64,000 nucleotides of DNA, from NCBI RefSeq assembly GCF_964213995.1, contig NW_027591003.1, positions 62,001 through 126,000 on the forward strand, in the 5' to 3' direction. The notes beneath the pieces are model-generated. The model was not told where the DNA came from. It did no database searches and saw only the letters and a list, made by a program, of their open reading frames with translations. This DNA is from Mustelus asterias (taxonomy: Eukaryota). Shown piece by piece: positions 25,916-37,978 of this stretch; the stretch's first letter is position 1; each line of letters opens with the position of its first letter. The position numbers and the translations under genes are program-made.

Positions 25916-28466
25916 AAATCTTCAAATCCAAGATGGAAAGAGGGATTAGGTTGAGGGGGAGGATTGTAATGTTTGTAACATATGGCCCTTTCTAGTGCAA
26001 TAAATCACTCAACATATCATCACCTAAATTAGCGAAGGTAACAGGCTAAAAAACTAATGAGGCAATTGAAATGTTGTGAAACTCACTGGACAGATCCAAG
26101 TGGTAAATGACTTTCCAGTACTGTGTAAGTGTGCAAGGGCGGCACGGTGTCATATTGGTTAGCCCTGCTGCCTCACAACGCCAGGGACCCGGGTTCAATT
26201 CCGTCCTCAGGTCACTGTCTTTGTGGACTTTGCAGTTTCTCTCCTTGTCTGTGTGGCTTTCCTCCGGGTATTCTAGTATCCTCCTGCAGTCCGAACATAT
26301 GCAGTTCAGGTTGATTGGCCATGCTGAATTAACCCTTGTGTCAGGGGCATTAGTGGGGTTAATATGAGGGGTCACGGGAATAGGGCCTGGATAGGATTGA
26401 GGTCGCTCCAGACTCGATGGGCCCAATGGTCTCATTCTGCACTGTAGATTCTTTGTTCTATGAATAATTAATCTGGATCTTAAGATTCTATAACGTCATA
26501 TTAGATATTATAAATTATATATAACATTAGATACAGGTACTTTCAGTGATACAGTCACTTTAAAAATGGTTACACACTCCAGTTATATATCAGGGGTTTA
26601 TGTGTGATGATGAGCTGATTACGTGTCAATAAAGCGCAGAGGCTGCTGGGTAGCTGCTCATTGTCCTCGGTCTGATTCAATTCAACTTCCCAGTGAATTC
26701 TGGGACAGATTTGATTCTTTGGTGACAGAAAGGCCAAAGTGACCTCAATAAATTTGAATCTCAATAAACTACAATAAATAAACTGCAACTATATTTGTAC
26801 CAAATAAAATGCTGAAAATAATTTGTGAAATATTTATTTATTTTTGTGATTTGGCGATTATTAGTAATATGAGCGCCAGGCAATGACCATCTCCAAAAAG
26901 AGAGAATCTACCCATTGCTCCTTGTCATTCAATGATGATACGATACTGAAGCACCCACTATAAACATCGTCGGGGTTACCATTGGCTAATCGCTGAATTA
27001 ACTGGATGTTTAAATGCTCCGGCTGGAATATCAGCTCAGCTTGCTGTGACTAACTAACCTCCTGACTCCCCAAACCTGTCCACCACCTACAAAACAACAA
27101 CTCAGGAGTGTAATAGAGTTCTCTCCACTTGCTTGAATGAGTGCAGCTCAAACAACATTCAAGAAGCTTTATAGCATTCAGGACAAAGCAGGCGGCTTGA
27201 CTGGCATAGCATTTGCAAATACTCACTCCCTCCACCACCGACAAAGAACAGCAGCATTGTACATCATCTCCAAGTTTCACTTCAGGAACTCACCAAGACT
27301 CATTATGCAACACCTTCCAACCACAGGACTGTTACCATTTGGAAGAACAGGGGTAGGAGTTACCTGGGAATATCACCTGTAAATTCCACTCCAAGTCAGT
27401 CATATAACTGACTTGGAAAAATATCGCCCTTCCGTCACTGTCGCTCGATTGAAATCCTGGAACACCCTCTGTAACAGCACTGTGTGAGTACATACGCCAC
27501 AGGCTTCGCAGCGATTCACGAAGGTAGCTCACCACCAGCTTACTAAGGGGAATTAGGGATAGGCAACAAATTTTGACCTGGCCAGCAACGATCACATCAC
27601 TTAAATTAAAACGTAAATATATTAATGTCTATGAATGGTTGGTAACTGGTGAACAAAATTATGCAACTTTGTGAATGGATGGCAATTGGTGAAAATAAAT
27701 ACCAATTTTGTGAACATTTATCATCTTCTCTTTCTTAATGGAAGATAGGATGCGCTCCACAGGAGTTGCATGATTCAAAAGCACAACACGACCGGGGAAA
27801 AAAGCCGCCAGAGGACACTGCAACAACTACAGATATATATACATCATTGCCAGTGACACATCTGAAAACATTCATCTGTTTGAAGATCCGGATTATCCTG
27901 AAGCACAATGTTGTGTTTTTAATGGAAGATTGACTCTGGAAAATATCTGCTTTATATGCCCTATGTACTTATCTTTACCTTCGTCAACTAGAAGTGGGCA
28001 GCAAAGGAGTCTGGGAAGGGTTTTTATTTTAACTTTAAAAGTCAGTTACCTGGGAGGTTCCCCCTCATTGATCCACTGGAGCAAGCTGAGAGGGGTGATT
28101 GAAAAGCAGCAGTGCTGGTAAGAGATTAATTGGATTAATTGAATTGTTTATTTATTTAATTAGTCAGCTAGTGTGTGTATTTTTTTGGCCTTTACTTTAA
28201 CAGCAGTTTTTCAAGTTTAAAGTGAAAACTAGAAGTGGGCAGCAAAGGAGTCTGGGAAGGGTTTTTATTTTAACTTTAAAAGTCAGTTACCTGGGAGGTT
28301 CCCCCTCAGTAGTAGTTTTTTTTTTCTCTCGGGCCCCTAGCCCTATAAATTGGTGCAGAGGAGATACCCGATCCTCTACACTGGTAGAGGATCCCACCCT
28401 TCCATCCTCCTCTAACCTAATTATAAGTGTGGGGAAGTTTTTTGTTTTCTTTTTTTCTTGCTGGTA

Positions 28467-29396
28467 ATGGCTTCAGGGATGGCAGTTCAGGCAGTATGCT
28501 GCATCTCCTGTGGGATGTATGTGGTGAGGAAATCCAGTAGTGTTTCAGGAGATTTTAGTTGTAAGAAGTGCATTAGATTGCAGCTTCTGGAGGAGCGTGT
28601 AAAGGAGCTGGAGGGGGAGGTAGAGGAACTCCGCATAATTCGGGAGGCGGAGGTGGAAGTTGATAGGAGTTATAGAGAAATAGTAACTCCTAGAAATGAG
28701 GCTTGGGTCAATGCCAGGAGGAGGGGTAAGAAGCAATCGGGAAGACAATCCCCTGGGGCGGTTCCCCTCCATAATAGGTTTTCGGTGCTGGAGGCTACAG
28801 TTGAGGAGGAATCAACTGAGCATAGAGAGCAGATCTCTGGGGGTGAGCCGAGTGAGAAAGCTCAGGTGGTTAGGGGCTGTAAAAGACTGGGCCTTGTGAT
28901 TGGGGACTCCACAATTAAGGGGACAGATAGGAGGGTCGGAACTAAAGGTAGGGACTCAGGGTTGGTCTGTTGCCTACCAGGGGCTGGGGTCCGGGATGTG
29001 TCTGACAGGGTATTCAGGACTCTTAGGGGGGAGGGAGATAAACCACAAGTTATTGTACATGTGGGGACACACGACATAGGGAGGATAGGGGAAGGGGATA
29101 TTAGGCAGGGATTTATGGAGTTGGGGTGGAAACTAAAGGCCAAGACTGACAGAGTGGTTATCTCTGGACTCTTGCCTGTTCCACGGGATAGTTTAGAGAG
29201 GAATAGGGAGAGGGAAGGTTTGAATTCATGGCTGAGGGGATGGTGCAGGAGGGAGGGGTTCAGGTACTTAAGCAATTGGGGCTCGTACTGGGGAAGGTGT
29301 GACCTCTATGAGAAGGATGGTCTACACCTTAATCAGAAGGGGACCAATATCCTGGGGGGTAAATTTGCTAAGGCCATGCAGGGAGGTTTAAACTGA
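28467..29396 (+). CDS. CR1 ORF1p: CxxC..CxxC zinc finger, coiled coil, SGNH/GDSL esterase
   Basis: First ATG at 28467. Contains CCISC...CKKC, the heptad LEERVKELEGEVEEL, and esterase blocks VIGDS, LPGA, VHVGTHD and DGLH. Confidence 0.9.
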   Translation: MASGMAVQAVCCISCGMYVVRKSSSVSGDFSCKKCIRLQLLEERVKELEGEVEELRIIREAEVEVDRSYREIVTPRNEAWVNARRRGKKQSGRQSPGAVPLHNRFSVLEATVEEESTEHREQISGGEPSEKAQVVRGCKRLGLVIGDSTIKGTDRRVGTKGRDSGLVCCLPGAGVRDVSDRVFRTLRGEGDKPQVIVHVGTHDIGRIGEGDIRQGFMELGWKLKAKTDRVVISGLLPVPRDSLERNREREGLNSWLRGWCRREGFRYLSNWGSYWGRCDLYEKDGLHLNQKGTNILGGKFAKAMQGGLN

Positions 29397-29448
29397 TTCG
29401 GGGGGGGGGGGAGGGATCCTGAGTAGTGGGGCTGAAAGTGAGGGATGC

Positions 29449-32268
29449 ATGGATGGGGACTGCAATGCACGGCATTGCAGAGGTGGGGTGGAGCAGGGTT
29501 TGAAATGTGTATACTTCAATGCCAGGAGTATTCGCAATAAAGTGGGTGAACTTGCAGCGTGGATCAGTACCTGGGACTTCGATGTTGTGGCTATTTCAGA
29601 GACATGGATAGAGCAGGGGCAGGAATGGATGCTGCAGGTCCCGGGGTTCAAATGTTTTAGTCGAAGTAGGGAAGGAGGTAGAAGAGGGGGAGGGGTAGCA
29701 TTATTGGTCAGAGATTGTATCACAGTGTCAGAGAGGAGGTTTGATGAGGACTTATCTGTTGAGGTAGTATGGGCGGAGATTAGAAATAGGAGAGGAGAGG
29801 TCACCCTGTTGGGAGTCTTTTATAGACCTCCTAAAAGTTCTAGAGAGGTTGAGGAAAGGATTGCGGAGTCAATCCTGCTTAGGAGTGAAAGTAATAGGGC
29901 AATTGTTATGGGGGATTTTAACTTGACTAATATTGACTGGAATTGTTATAGCTCTAGCTCGTTAGAGGGGTCAGTTTTTGTTCAAAGCGTGCAGGAAGGT
30001 TTTTTGACTCAGTATGTAGACAGGCCAACTAGAGGTGAGGCTATATTGGATCTGGTGCTGGGAAATGAGCCAGACCAGGTGCTAGACTTGGAAGTTGGTG
30101 TGCATTTTGGTGATAGTGACCACAATTCGGTTACGTTCACCTTAGTGATGGAAAGGGATAGGCATGAACCTCGGGCCAGTGGTTTTAGCTGGGGGAAGGG
30201 TAATTATGAGGCTATTAGGAGAGAATTAGGAAACATAGGTTGGACTAGGAGATTACAGGGACTGGGAACGTCCGACATGTGGAGTTTTTTCAAGGAGCAG
30301 CTACTGCGAGTCTGTGATAGGTATGTCCCTGTCAGGCAAGGAGGAATTGGTAGGGCTAGGGAACCGTGGTGCACCAAAAAAGTTTCTTTGTTGGTTAAAA
30401 AGAAAAAGGAGGCTTATGTTCGGATGAGACGTGAGCACTCGGGTAGTGCACTAGAAAGCTTTAGATTGGCTAAGAGGGAGTTGAAGAGCGAGCTTAGAAG
30501 GGCTAAAAGGGGACATGAGAAGACTTTGGCGGATAGGGTTAAAGAGAATCCTAAGGCGTTCTATAGGTATGTCAAGAACAGAAGGTTGGTTAGGGCAAGT
30601 TTAGGGCCAGTTATAGATGGCAGAGGGAAGTTATGTGTGGAACCGGAGGAGATTGGTGAAGCATTGAACCAATATTTCTCTTCGGTGTTCACGCAAGGGG
30701 ACATGAATATAGCTGAGGAGGACACTGGGTTGCAAGGGAGTAGAATAGACAGTATTACAGTTGATAAGGAGGATGTGCAGGATATTCTGGAGGGTCTGAA
30801 AATAGATAAATCCCCTGGTCCGGATGGGATTTATCCAAGGATTCTCTGGGAGGCAAGAGAAGTGATTGCAGAGCCTCTGGCTCTGATCTTCAGGTCGTCG
30901 TTGGCCTCTGGTATAGTACCAGAAGATTGGAGGTTAGCGAATGTTGTCCCATTGTTTAAGAAGGGGAACAGAGACTTCCCCGGGAATTATAGACCGGTGA
31001 GTCTCACTTCTGTTGTCGGCAAGATGTTGGAAAAAATTATAAGGGATAGGATTTATAGTTATTTGGAGAGTAATGAATTGATAGGTGATAGTCAGCATGG
31101 TTTTGTGGCAGGTAGGTCGTGCCTTACTAACCTTATTGAGTTTTTTGAGAAAGTGACCAAGGAGGTGGATGGGGGCAAGGCAGTGGACGTGGTATATATG
31201 GATTTTAGTAAGGCGTTTGATAAGGTTCACCATGGTAGGCTTCTGCAGAAAATGCAGATGTATGGGATTGGGGGTGATCTAGGAAATTGGATCAGGAATT
31301 GGCTAGCGGATAGGAAACAGAGGGTGGTGGTTGATAGTAAATATTCATCATGGAGTGCGGTTACAAGTGGTGTACCTCAGGGATCTGTTTTGGGGCCACT
31401 GCTGTTTGTAATATTTATTAATGATCTGGATGAGGGTATAGTTGGGTGGATTAGCAAATTTGCTGATGACACCAAAGTCGGTGGTGTGGTAGACAGTGAG
31501 GAAGGGTGTCGTAGTTTGCAGGAAGACTTAGACAGGTTGCAAAGTTGGGCCGAGAGGTGGCGGATGGAGTTTAATGCGGAGAAGTGTGAGGTAATTCACT
31601 TTGGTAGGAATAACAGATGTGTTGAGTATAGGGCTAACGGGAGGACTTTGAATAGTGTGGAGGAGCAGAGGGATCTAGGTGTATGTGTGCATAGATCCCT
31701 GAAAGTTGGGAATCAAGTAGATAAGGTTGTTAAGAAGGCATATGGTGTCTTGGCGTTTATTGGTAGGGGGATTGAATTTAGGAGTCGTAGCGTTATGTTG
31801 CAACTGTACACAACTCTGGTGCGGCCGCACTTGGAGTACTGTGTGCAGTTCTGGTCCCCACATTACAGGAAGGATGTGGAGGCTTTGGAGAGGGTGCAGA
31901 GGAGGTTTACCAGGATGTTGCCTGGTATGGAGGGGAGATCCTATGAGGAGAGGCTGAGGGATTTGGGATTGTTTTCGCTGGAAAGGCGGCGGCTAAGAGG
32001 GGATCTTATTGAAACATATAAGATGATTAGAGGTTTAGATAGGGTGGATAGTGATAGCCTTTTTCCTCTGATGGAGAAATCCAGCACGAGGGGGCATGGC
32101 TTTAAATTGAGGGGGGGTAGTTATAGAACCGATGTCAGGGGTAGGTTCTTTACCCAGAGGGTGGTGAGGGATTGGAATGCCCTGCCAGCATCAGTAGTAA
32201 ATGCGCCTAGTTTGGGGGCGTTTAAGAGATCCGTAGATAGGTTCATGGACGAAAAGAAATTGGTTTAG
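29449..32268 (+). CDS. CR1 ORF2p: apurinic endonuclease plus reverse transcriptase
   Basis: 939 aa uninterrupted. APE motifs NARS, ISETW, YRPP, GDFN, LDL and SDH; RT motifs PGPDG, NYRPVSL, QHGF, DFSKAFD, GVPQGS and FADD; CR1 C-terminal WNALP. Confidence 0.96.
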   Translation: MDGDCNARHCRGGVEQGLKCVYFNARSIRNKVGELAAWISTWDFDVVAISETWIEQGQEWMLQVPGFKCFSRSREGGRRGGGVALLVRDCITVSERRFDEDLSVEVVWAEIRNRRGEVTLLGVFYRPPKSSREVEERIAESILLRSESNRAIVMGDFNLTNIDWNCYSSSSLEGSVFVQSVQEGFLTQYVDRPTRGEAILDLVLGNEPDQVLDLEVGVHFGDSDHNSVTFTLVMERDRHEPRASGFSWGKGNYEAIRRELGNIGWTRRLQGLGTSDMWSFFKEQLLRVCDRYVPVRQGGIGRAREPWCTKKVSLLVKKKKEAYVRMRREHSGSALESFRLAKRELKSELRRAKRGHEKTLADRVKENPKAFYRYVKNRRLVRASLGPVIDGRGKLCVEPEEIGEALNQYFSSVFTQGDMNIAEEDTGLQGSRIDSITVDKEDVQDILEGLKIDKSPGPDGIYPRILWEAREVIAEPLALIFRSSLASGIVPEDWRLANVVPLFKKGNRDFPGNYRPVSLTSVVGKMLEKIIRDRIYSYLESNELIGDSQHGFVAGRSCLTNLIEFFEKVTKEVDGGKAVDVVYMDFSKAFDKVHHGRLLQKMQMYGIGGDLGNWIRNWLADRKQRVVVDSKYSSWSAVTSGVPQGSVLGPLLFVIFINDLDEGIVGWISKFADDTKVGGVVDSEEGCRSLQEDLDRLQSWAERWRMEFNAEKCEVIHFGRNNRCVEYRANGRTLNSVEEQRDLGVCVHRSLKVGNQVDKVVKKAYGVLAFIGRGIEFRSRSVMLQLYTTLVRPHLEYCVQFWSPHYRKDVEALERVQRRFTRMLPGMEGRSYEERLRDLGLFSLERRRLRGDLIETYKMIRGLDRVDSDSLFPLMEKSSTRGHGFKLRGGSYRTDVRGRFFTQRVVRDWNALPASVVNAPSLGAFKRSVDRFMDEKKLV

Positions 32269-32839
32269 GTTGGAGGGTCACAGTTTTTTTTTTAACTGGT
32301 CGGTGCAACATCGTGGGCCGAAGGGCCTGTTCTGCGCTGTAATGTTCTATGTTCTATGTTCTAATTACAGGAATAATTCCAAGACACTTATCGCGTCCGC
32401 CTCCCACGGCATGAAACTGGGCAGAATTTGTTTTCCAAATCACATTCATTGCAGACTGAGGGAAAAGTTCTATTATTCATATATTTGCAAATTTTAATTA
32501 GTCTGATGGGTTTCCCCTACATTTTCTAGTTTTAAAGTCAGGGGTCACTCCTGAAAAAGGGCAGAAGGCGAGGTTCGGCACAGAAAACTAGGGAGGGTGT
32601 ATTATTTGACACAAGGAATGATAGACAAGGCAACATTGAGCTGGTGATGGCGGAACTCGGGTGTTCCAATGGTGCAAAGTCATCGTTTTCACGACCATGG
32701 ACTCGATCGCAGGTGACAAATGTGGAAATAAGCAGAGTATTTTTAAAAAATGAGAAACCTGTCGATTGTGTGACGGAAGAGAAGGAAGAGAATGGCTAAA
32801 ATGACGATGATCCGCTGATTGGGAAAGTCACTGTCAGCT

Positions 32840-32910
32840 TCCCTGCTGGTCTAGTGGTTTGGATTCGGCACGTTCATCACTATGGACTGGATTCAATCCC
32901 CAGCCAGTTT
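32840..32910 (+). pseudogene. tRNA-Glu pseudogene
   Basis: TCCCTGCTGGTCTAGTGGTTTGGATTCGGCACGTTCATCACTATGGACTGGATTCAATCCCCAGCCAG aligns to tRNA-Glu (TCCCTGGTGGTCTAGTGGTTAGGATTCGGCGC...). Confidence 0.8.
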
Positions 32911-33182
32911 GTATTGCTGTGTGAACTGACACCATGAAAAGGAATTCCGCATTGAATGAAACCAGATCTGGCAGCGTCTGTGGAGTGAGAAACAAAGTTA
33001 ATCTTCCAGCTGGATCTTTCATCAAAGCTGGAAAAGTCGGAAATGTAACAGCTGGAAAACAACAGCTTGGCTATGATTCCAAAATATTGTGAGGGGCTTG
33101 AGGGGCGAAATGTCCCATTCAAAATCTCAATTATATTCTAACCCGTTGCCGGTATTACTCCGAGCAATAGTTACCTTCGATT

Positions 33183-33264
33183 GTTAGTGGAGCCGCATGG
33201 TCTTAATTACTAAATTTAAGCTTCAATATCTGAATTTCTGTGGGTTAAAATCCCACCACTGCCA
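33183..33264 (+). pseudogene. tRNA-Leu pseudogene (highly decayed)
   Basis: The 3' end GTGGGTTAAAATCCCACCACTGCCA matches tRNA-Leu GTGGGTTCGAATCCCACCGCTGCCA, and the overall length fits a long-variable-arm tRNA. Confidence 0.65.
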
Positions 33265-33415
33265 AAAAGTGCAGCTCGTTTGTCTTTTCAGCAAATGGCA
33301 TTTTGTAAGGAAGAAAAAGCAGGGATGAAAGGTGCAGCGTGACCTTCTGGAACAGAATGTTCACTTTTGTTGCTGTCACTATTCAATGATTCAATGGACA
33401 CATTGACACCGGTTG

Positions 33416-33486
33416 CAGCGATGGCCAAGCGGCATTTGAAATTATTGTTTTCTCACAGTGATTTGAATCTCACCCAATGCGCTGCT
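33416..33486 (+). pseudogene. tRNA-Ser remnant
   Basis: Starts GCAGCGATGGCCAAGCGG (tRNA-Ser-TGA 5' end), contains TTGAAAT and ends CGCTGC. The interior is heavily decayed. Confidence 0.45.
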
Positions 33487-34549
33487 CAGCATTCATTCCT
33501 TTCGATGACTGCAGAATTAATTATTCTTTCAATGGAATCAAAATCTTTCAAATATTCCCATCTGTTTTTCCTACTTCACTTCGCATTCCTTCATTTCTGT
33601 TCGTCAGCTAGAATTCATCAGAACCCCAGCCAGAAATGGAAGAAAACTGAACCCAGTTGGTGACATCCTTGATCTATGGATGTTTGTGTCTCGTCAGCCC
33701 TCTGTGACTCTCGGTGTCTGTATGTGTTCCTCTGTGCACCAATGTGATTCAGTTCCCAGAGGGGGTGAACACATTTTTTACCATCACAAACTGCGTTCAC
33801 TTATTCATATACCTCAAGGGCAAATGGTACAGAGAATAACAACATGTTTGAAAGTTGCGAGAAAGATTGACTGATACAGGCTTTTTTTGACTGGCTATTG
33901 CTTATTGACTCAGTGGCCGTGTGTTACACAGCAGTGGATGATTGAAATTTTCACTGATCAACATTTAAACAGACAGTGGATTCACTCGGTGTGATGGTGC
34001 GTTCCAGTTCTATATCTACAACTACAGCATCAATTTCTATCAGTTACTGTGAGTCCCAGATTTCTAATAGGTTGGAAATATACAGCAGCATGATATAATA
34101 TACCTCGTTTTAATTGAAATGATAATTCATCGATCGATTTGTATGACAACTTAGTGAATATCAGCAAGACTGGCAAAGTTTGGACAGTATTTCCCTGATG
34201 CAGAAGGACACAAAGTATATCAATATTGGGAACATAAGTTGAAACAGTAATAGAGGAGCTCGATTTGGCGCAGAATGCTCTCAAACCTCCTCCCTTTCAG
34301 TTGCAGCAACTTTCCTGAACAATTTTCCAACAGAAATCCTGCAGCAGTTTAAATTCAGGGCTTTCACTGCCTGGATCCAATTCAATTCCCATTCTCGATG
34401 TTGTGCTAATTGCTGTAACTCGCAATCAGTTACTGGTTTGCAAAGAGTCATATTGGACTCGGAAACTTAATTCTATATCTTGCTCCACATTTGTTGCAAG
34501 TCCTGTTGAGAACTTTCAGCACTTTCTGCTTTTATTATATCATGAATAA

Positions 34550-35350
34550 CAGGAGAAGAAGCAGACCACTCAGTCCATCGGGACTGTTCCACCATTCAAT
34601 ACCATCTTGATTGATCTTGGGCTACAACTCAGTTTTTCCACCATCTCCCCATATCCCTGAATTCCCCAAGAGACCAGAAACCTGTTTATCCCAACCTTAA
34701 ATGTACTCGATGATGGGGCATACATAACAGTCAGGTACAGAGAATGCCAAGGATTCTCAGCCCTTTGAGTAAAGTAATTTCTCCTTGTCTTAGCCCAAAA
34801 TGATCAGCGCGTTATCTGTGCCACAGTGGGTTAGATTCCCCGACCAGCAGAAAAAAAAACAATCTCTCAGCCTCCATCCTATCAAACCTAATCAGAGCTG
34901 CAGGGGTTCAATGAGATCGCCTCTTATTCTTCTAAACTCCAGAGAATTCCATCACAGGACAGCTCCCTCACCCCAGGGAGCAATCTGGTGAATCTTCTCT
35001 TTACCGTTTCCAAAGCAAGCACATCCCTTTTTTAATTCGACTATCACATCTGCACAGATCATTCAACATGTGGTCTCAACTAACCCTGTGCAACAGCAGA
35101 AACACGTCGTTATTCTTGGACTCCAGTCTGCCAGCAACTAAAAACCAAAAACGCAATTGCCCTTCCACTTGTCTGCTGCACCGACATACTAACGTCATGC
35201 ATTCCTTGCAGAAACGAATCTATTCTACAGATCAACATTTATATTTTTCAGCTTGTCAAATACATCCTGCTCTTTCTATTTTTTGGCGAAGAACATCTTT
35301 TCGCTTTCCAAGTTTGCACCTGATCTGCCCCTTCACTCATAGAAGCTCTC
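34550..35350 (-). mobile_element. Old CR1 3' remnant
   Basis: Degenerate match to the CR1 3' UTR and C-terminus (ccaccattcaat, agatcgcctcttattcttctaaactccagag). Confidence 0.65.
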
Positions 35351-35413
35351 TGTTGCGTCCTGCAGTCTGTTGGACTCCACCCTACAGCTTCTATCAACTA
35401 CGCTTAGTCAATA

Positions 35414-35487
35414 GGCTCCCCAGCAACAATTGAACTCACGACCCCTGATTTACAAGACCAGTGCTCTAACCACTGAGCTACGGAGCC
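35414..35487 (-). pseudogene. tRNA-Thr(TGT), probably pseudogene
   Basis: GGCTCCGTAGCTCAGTGGTTAGAGCACTGGTCTTGTAAATCAGGGGTCGTGAGTTCAATTGTTGCTGGGGAGCC. The 5' half is canonical, but the T-stem is mismatched and the 3' side has extra bases. Confidence 0.85.
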
Positions 35488-35721
35488 AAGCGCTGCACGT
35501 CGTTTACATTACGTGCAGCATTATCAGTGGATTGAGAAACAGCACAGGGTTTGAGGTCGGAGATTTTTGATCTGGTGGAGATTTTGATTTGGTGGGGAGC
35601 AGGAAATTAAAAGATGCAACTTGAAAATGACATTATTTGACATGTGCGCTGTGTGTGTATCTGACATGTATGTTGTGCTTGTTATGTGATTCTTCTTCAG
35701 AGTTTATCGTTCGTGTTACAT

Positions 35722-36195
35722 GGAGTCACAGAGTCAGAGAGTCATAGAGGTTTACAGCATGGAAACAGGCCCTTCGGCCCAACTTGTCCATGCCGCGTTT
35801 TTTTTAAACCCCCAACCTAATCCCAATTCCCCGCATTTGGCCCATATCCCTCTATACCCATTGTACCCATGTGACTATCTAAATGCCTTTTAAAAGACAA
35901 AATTGTACCCGCCGCTCCTACTCCATCTGGCAGCTTGTTCCAGACACTCACCACCCTCTGTGTGAAAATATTGCCCCGCTGGACGCTTTTGTATCTCTCC
36001 CCTTTCACCTTAAACCTAGTTTTAGACTCCCCTACCTTTTGGAACATATATTGACTATCTAGTTGATCTGTGCCCCTCATTATTTTATAGACCTCTATAA
36101 GATCACCCCTCAGCCTCCTACACTCCAGAGAAAAAAGTCGCAGTCTATCCAGCCTCTCCTTATAACTCAATCCATCAAGTCCCGGTAGCATCCTG
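35722..36195 (-). mobile_element. CR1 3' fragment, same family as 25340-25915
   Basis: MLPGLDGLSYKERLDRL...WNKLP...GYGPNAGNWD, with the same 3' UTR and tail. Confidence 0.88.
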
Positions 36196-36324
36196 GACTT
36201 GCATCTCTGACTTTTCCAACTCCGATGCAAGTTCATCCAACTGGAAGATTTAGATATTACTACCTTCACAAACGCTATGAGGCGTGTTTTCATCAAATGA
36301 AGAATTGAACAAAAAGTTATTCAC

Positions 36325-37978
36325 TCCGTGACTGGAAATTGAAACCACGTCACGGCGTCGATTCTGGTCACTAGACACTCAGAGACGCTGATGTGAGAGA
36401 TTTGCAATGAGTTGATCATCTCTGTACCCATTGCTTCATTTCCAATAACTTTCAATAAAAATAAGGAATGACGGGAAGTGTACATGACAGGATTTGAGCC
36501 TCAGTTAGAAAATCCCAATCTACCCCTGGGCCGGGACTGCAGTCTCAATGTTTGCAATCCTGTGGTTATATCGGCAGACAGCCATTCAGCCTGTGTTCCC
36601 GTTTGTATTCTCTGTCGGAGCAACTCAATTCCTTCCGGTTTTGACAAAGGGTGATCTGGACTCGAAACATCAGTTCTCTTCTCTCATAACTGATGCTGCC
36701 AGACTTGATGACATTTTCCAGCATTTTCCCTTTTTGTTTCCGATTCCAGCATCGATAATAATTTGCTCCACTCCTTCCACATGCGCTTCTTTACCTCAAC
36801 AACTGTTTACATTGGTCTGTGTCTCCGCTTTCTTCCTGCCAAAAACGACACGGCAGAAACTCCTGCATTCAATCTGAACTGCTCGATTTCAGCTGCAGAG
36901 ACCAAAACTCAAGCCCACTCGAGCAATGGCGGGATTTGAACCCACAGCTTATACAGAGGCTGGATCTAGCTACTTGCTTAAATTGCTTTGCCATGCTCCC
37001 CCGTAACCATCCTGCTGTTTGCTGAAACCGTTACTGAAATTCAGTAGCAGCAAAGGAGCTGAGAAAGGCCATCAGTCGGTTTGAGCCTGCTCCTTCAATG
37101 CATCAATTCATCCTGAACTGTGTAACAAACAGAAATCACATCCAGTCAGAAACAGAATCAGCTGCAGTGAAGGACAGGCACCAAAAAAAATGCCTTAGCC
37201 TTGTCTGGTTCCCAATATCCTGCCAGATATGACATGAAAACCTCCCGTTGTATTTGCTCAGTCTTCACCTCAGGACACGAGGAAAGATTGTGTTTTATAT
37301 GTTCCACCAGGCAATACCTGACATTTGTTTTTGTGGTTTGGATGAGAGCGACAAATCTCCATTTCCTGACCTGTAATCTAAAGAGCAGTGAAAGTGTCAA
37401 ACTCTAACCACCAGACCAGCCTGTCTTACAGATTTTTCCTTATCCACGCTGCTTTTGTTATTTTAATTTTCGCGCCAGATCACGTTCACCACAAGCAAGT
37501 CTCTACCGCAAAATGGCACCTTCTGTTTGCACCACGGTGATATATTCAGTCCACTACAACAGACAACAGACATTCCACGCACAGTTATTACTTTCGCTTC
37601 CGACGGTTCAAAACTGGACAGAAGCCTTTTCAAGTATTGTCGTTGCAGAGTGAGGGAAAGGTTTAATAATTCAGTGTGAACGCTAAAATCTGACCGATTT
37701 ACCTTACATCACCCTCTCTATCGTCAGCGCTTTGCAGCCTATCACTGTCTTTCTGCGACTATATTTGTTCTTGACCTGTTGCACATGTGACATTTCCAGC
37801 TGTGATGGAGACTTGCAAACCTCACTCGGCTGATTTTAGGAGATCTGCTTTTGATCAGATAGTAAATCAGGTTATTTTTAATAGTTTGTCGAGAGGAATA
37901 AATAATTGCTTCCTGAGCGGGAATTGAAACCAAACAACAGTGGGGTGGTACTAAACACAACCCACTGGACATCCAGGG
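36325..37978 (-). pseudogene. Three further tRNA-Glu-like remnants (about 36325-36385, 37362-37423, 37910-37978)
   Basis: Minus-strand motifs GTCTAGTG/GGTCTGGTGGTTAG/GTCCAGTGG, CTTTCACTGC, and 3' ends TTCAATT(T/C)CC.GTCA.GGA / GGTCAGGAAA. Confidence 0.55.
36922..37000 (-). pseudogene. tRNA-Leu pseudogene (highly decayed)
   Basis: Minus strand GGGAGCATGGCAAAGCAATTTAAG...TAGATCCAGCCTCTG...GTGGGTTCAAATCCCGCCATTGCT aligns to tRNA-Leu. Confidence 0.6.

Larger units (their letters stand above)
15637..27980 (+). repeat. Segmental duplication, copy B
   Basis: See copy A. It is longer because of SINE/CR1 insertions and a ~1.75 kb segment (18155-19920) that copy A lacks. Confidence 0.93.
27986..32362 (+). 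mobile_element. Full-length or near full-length CR1-clade LINE with two intact ORFs
   Basis: 5' UTR with an 82-bp direct repeat, then ORF1, ORF2, a short 3' UTR with the CR1 hairpin (gggccgaagggcc) and a (TTCTATG)n microsatellite tail ending at ~32362. Confidence 0.95.
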
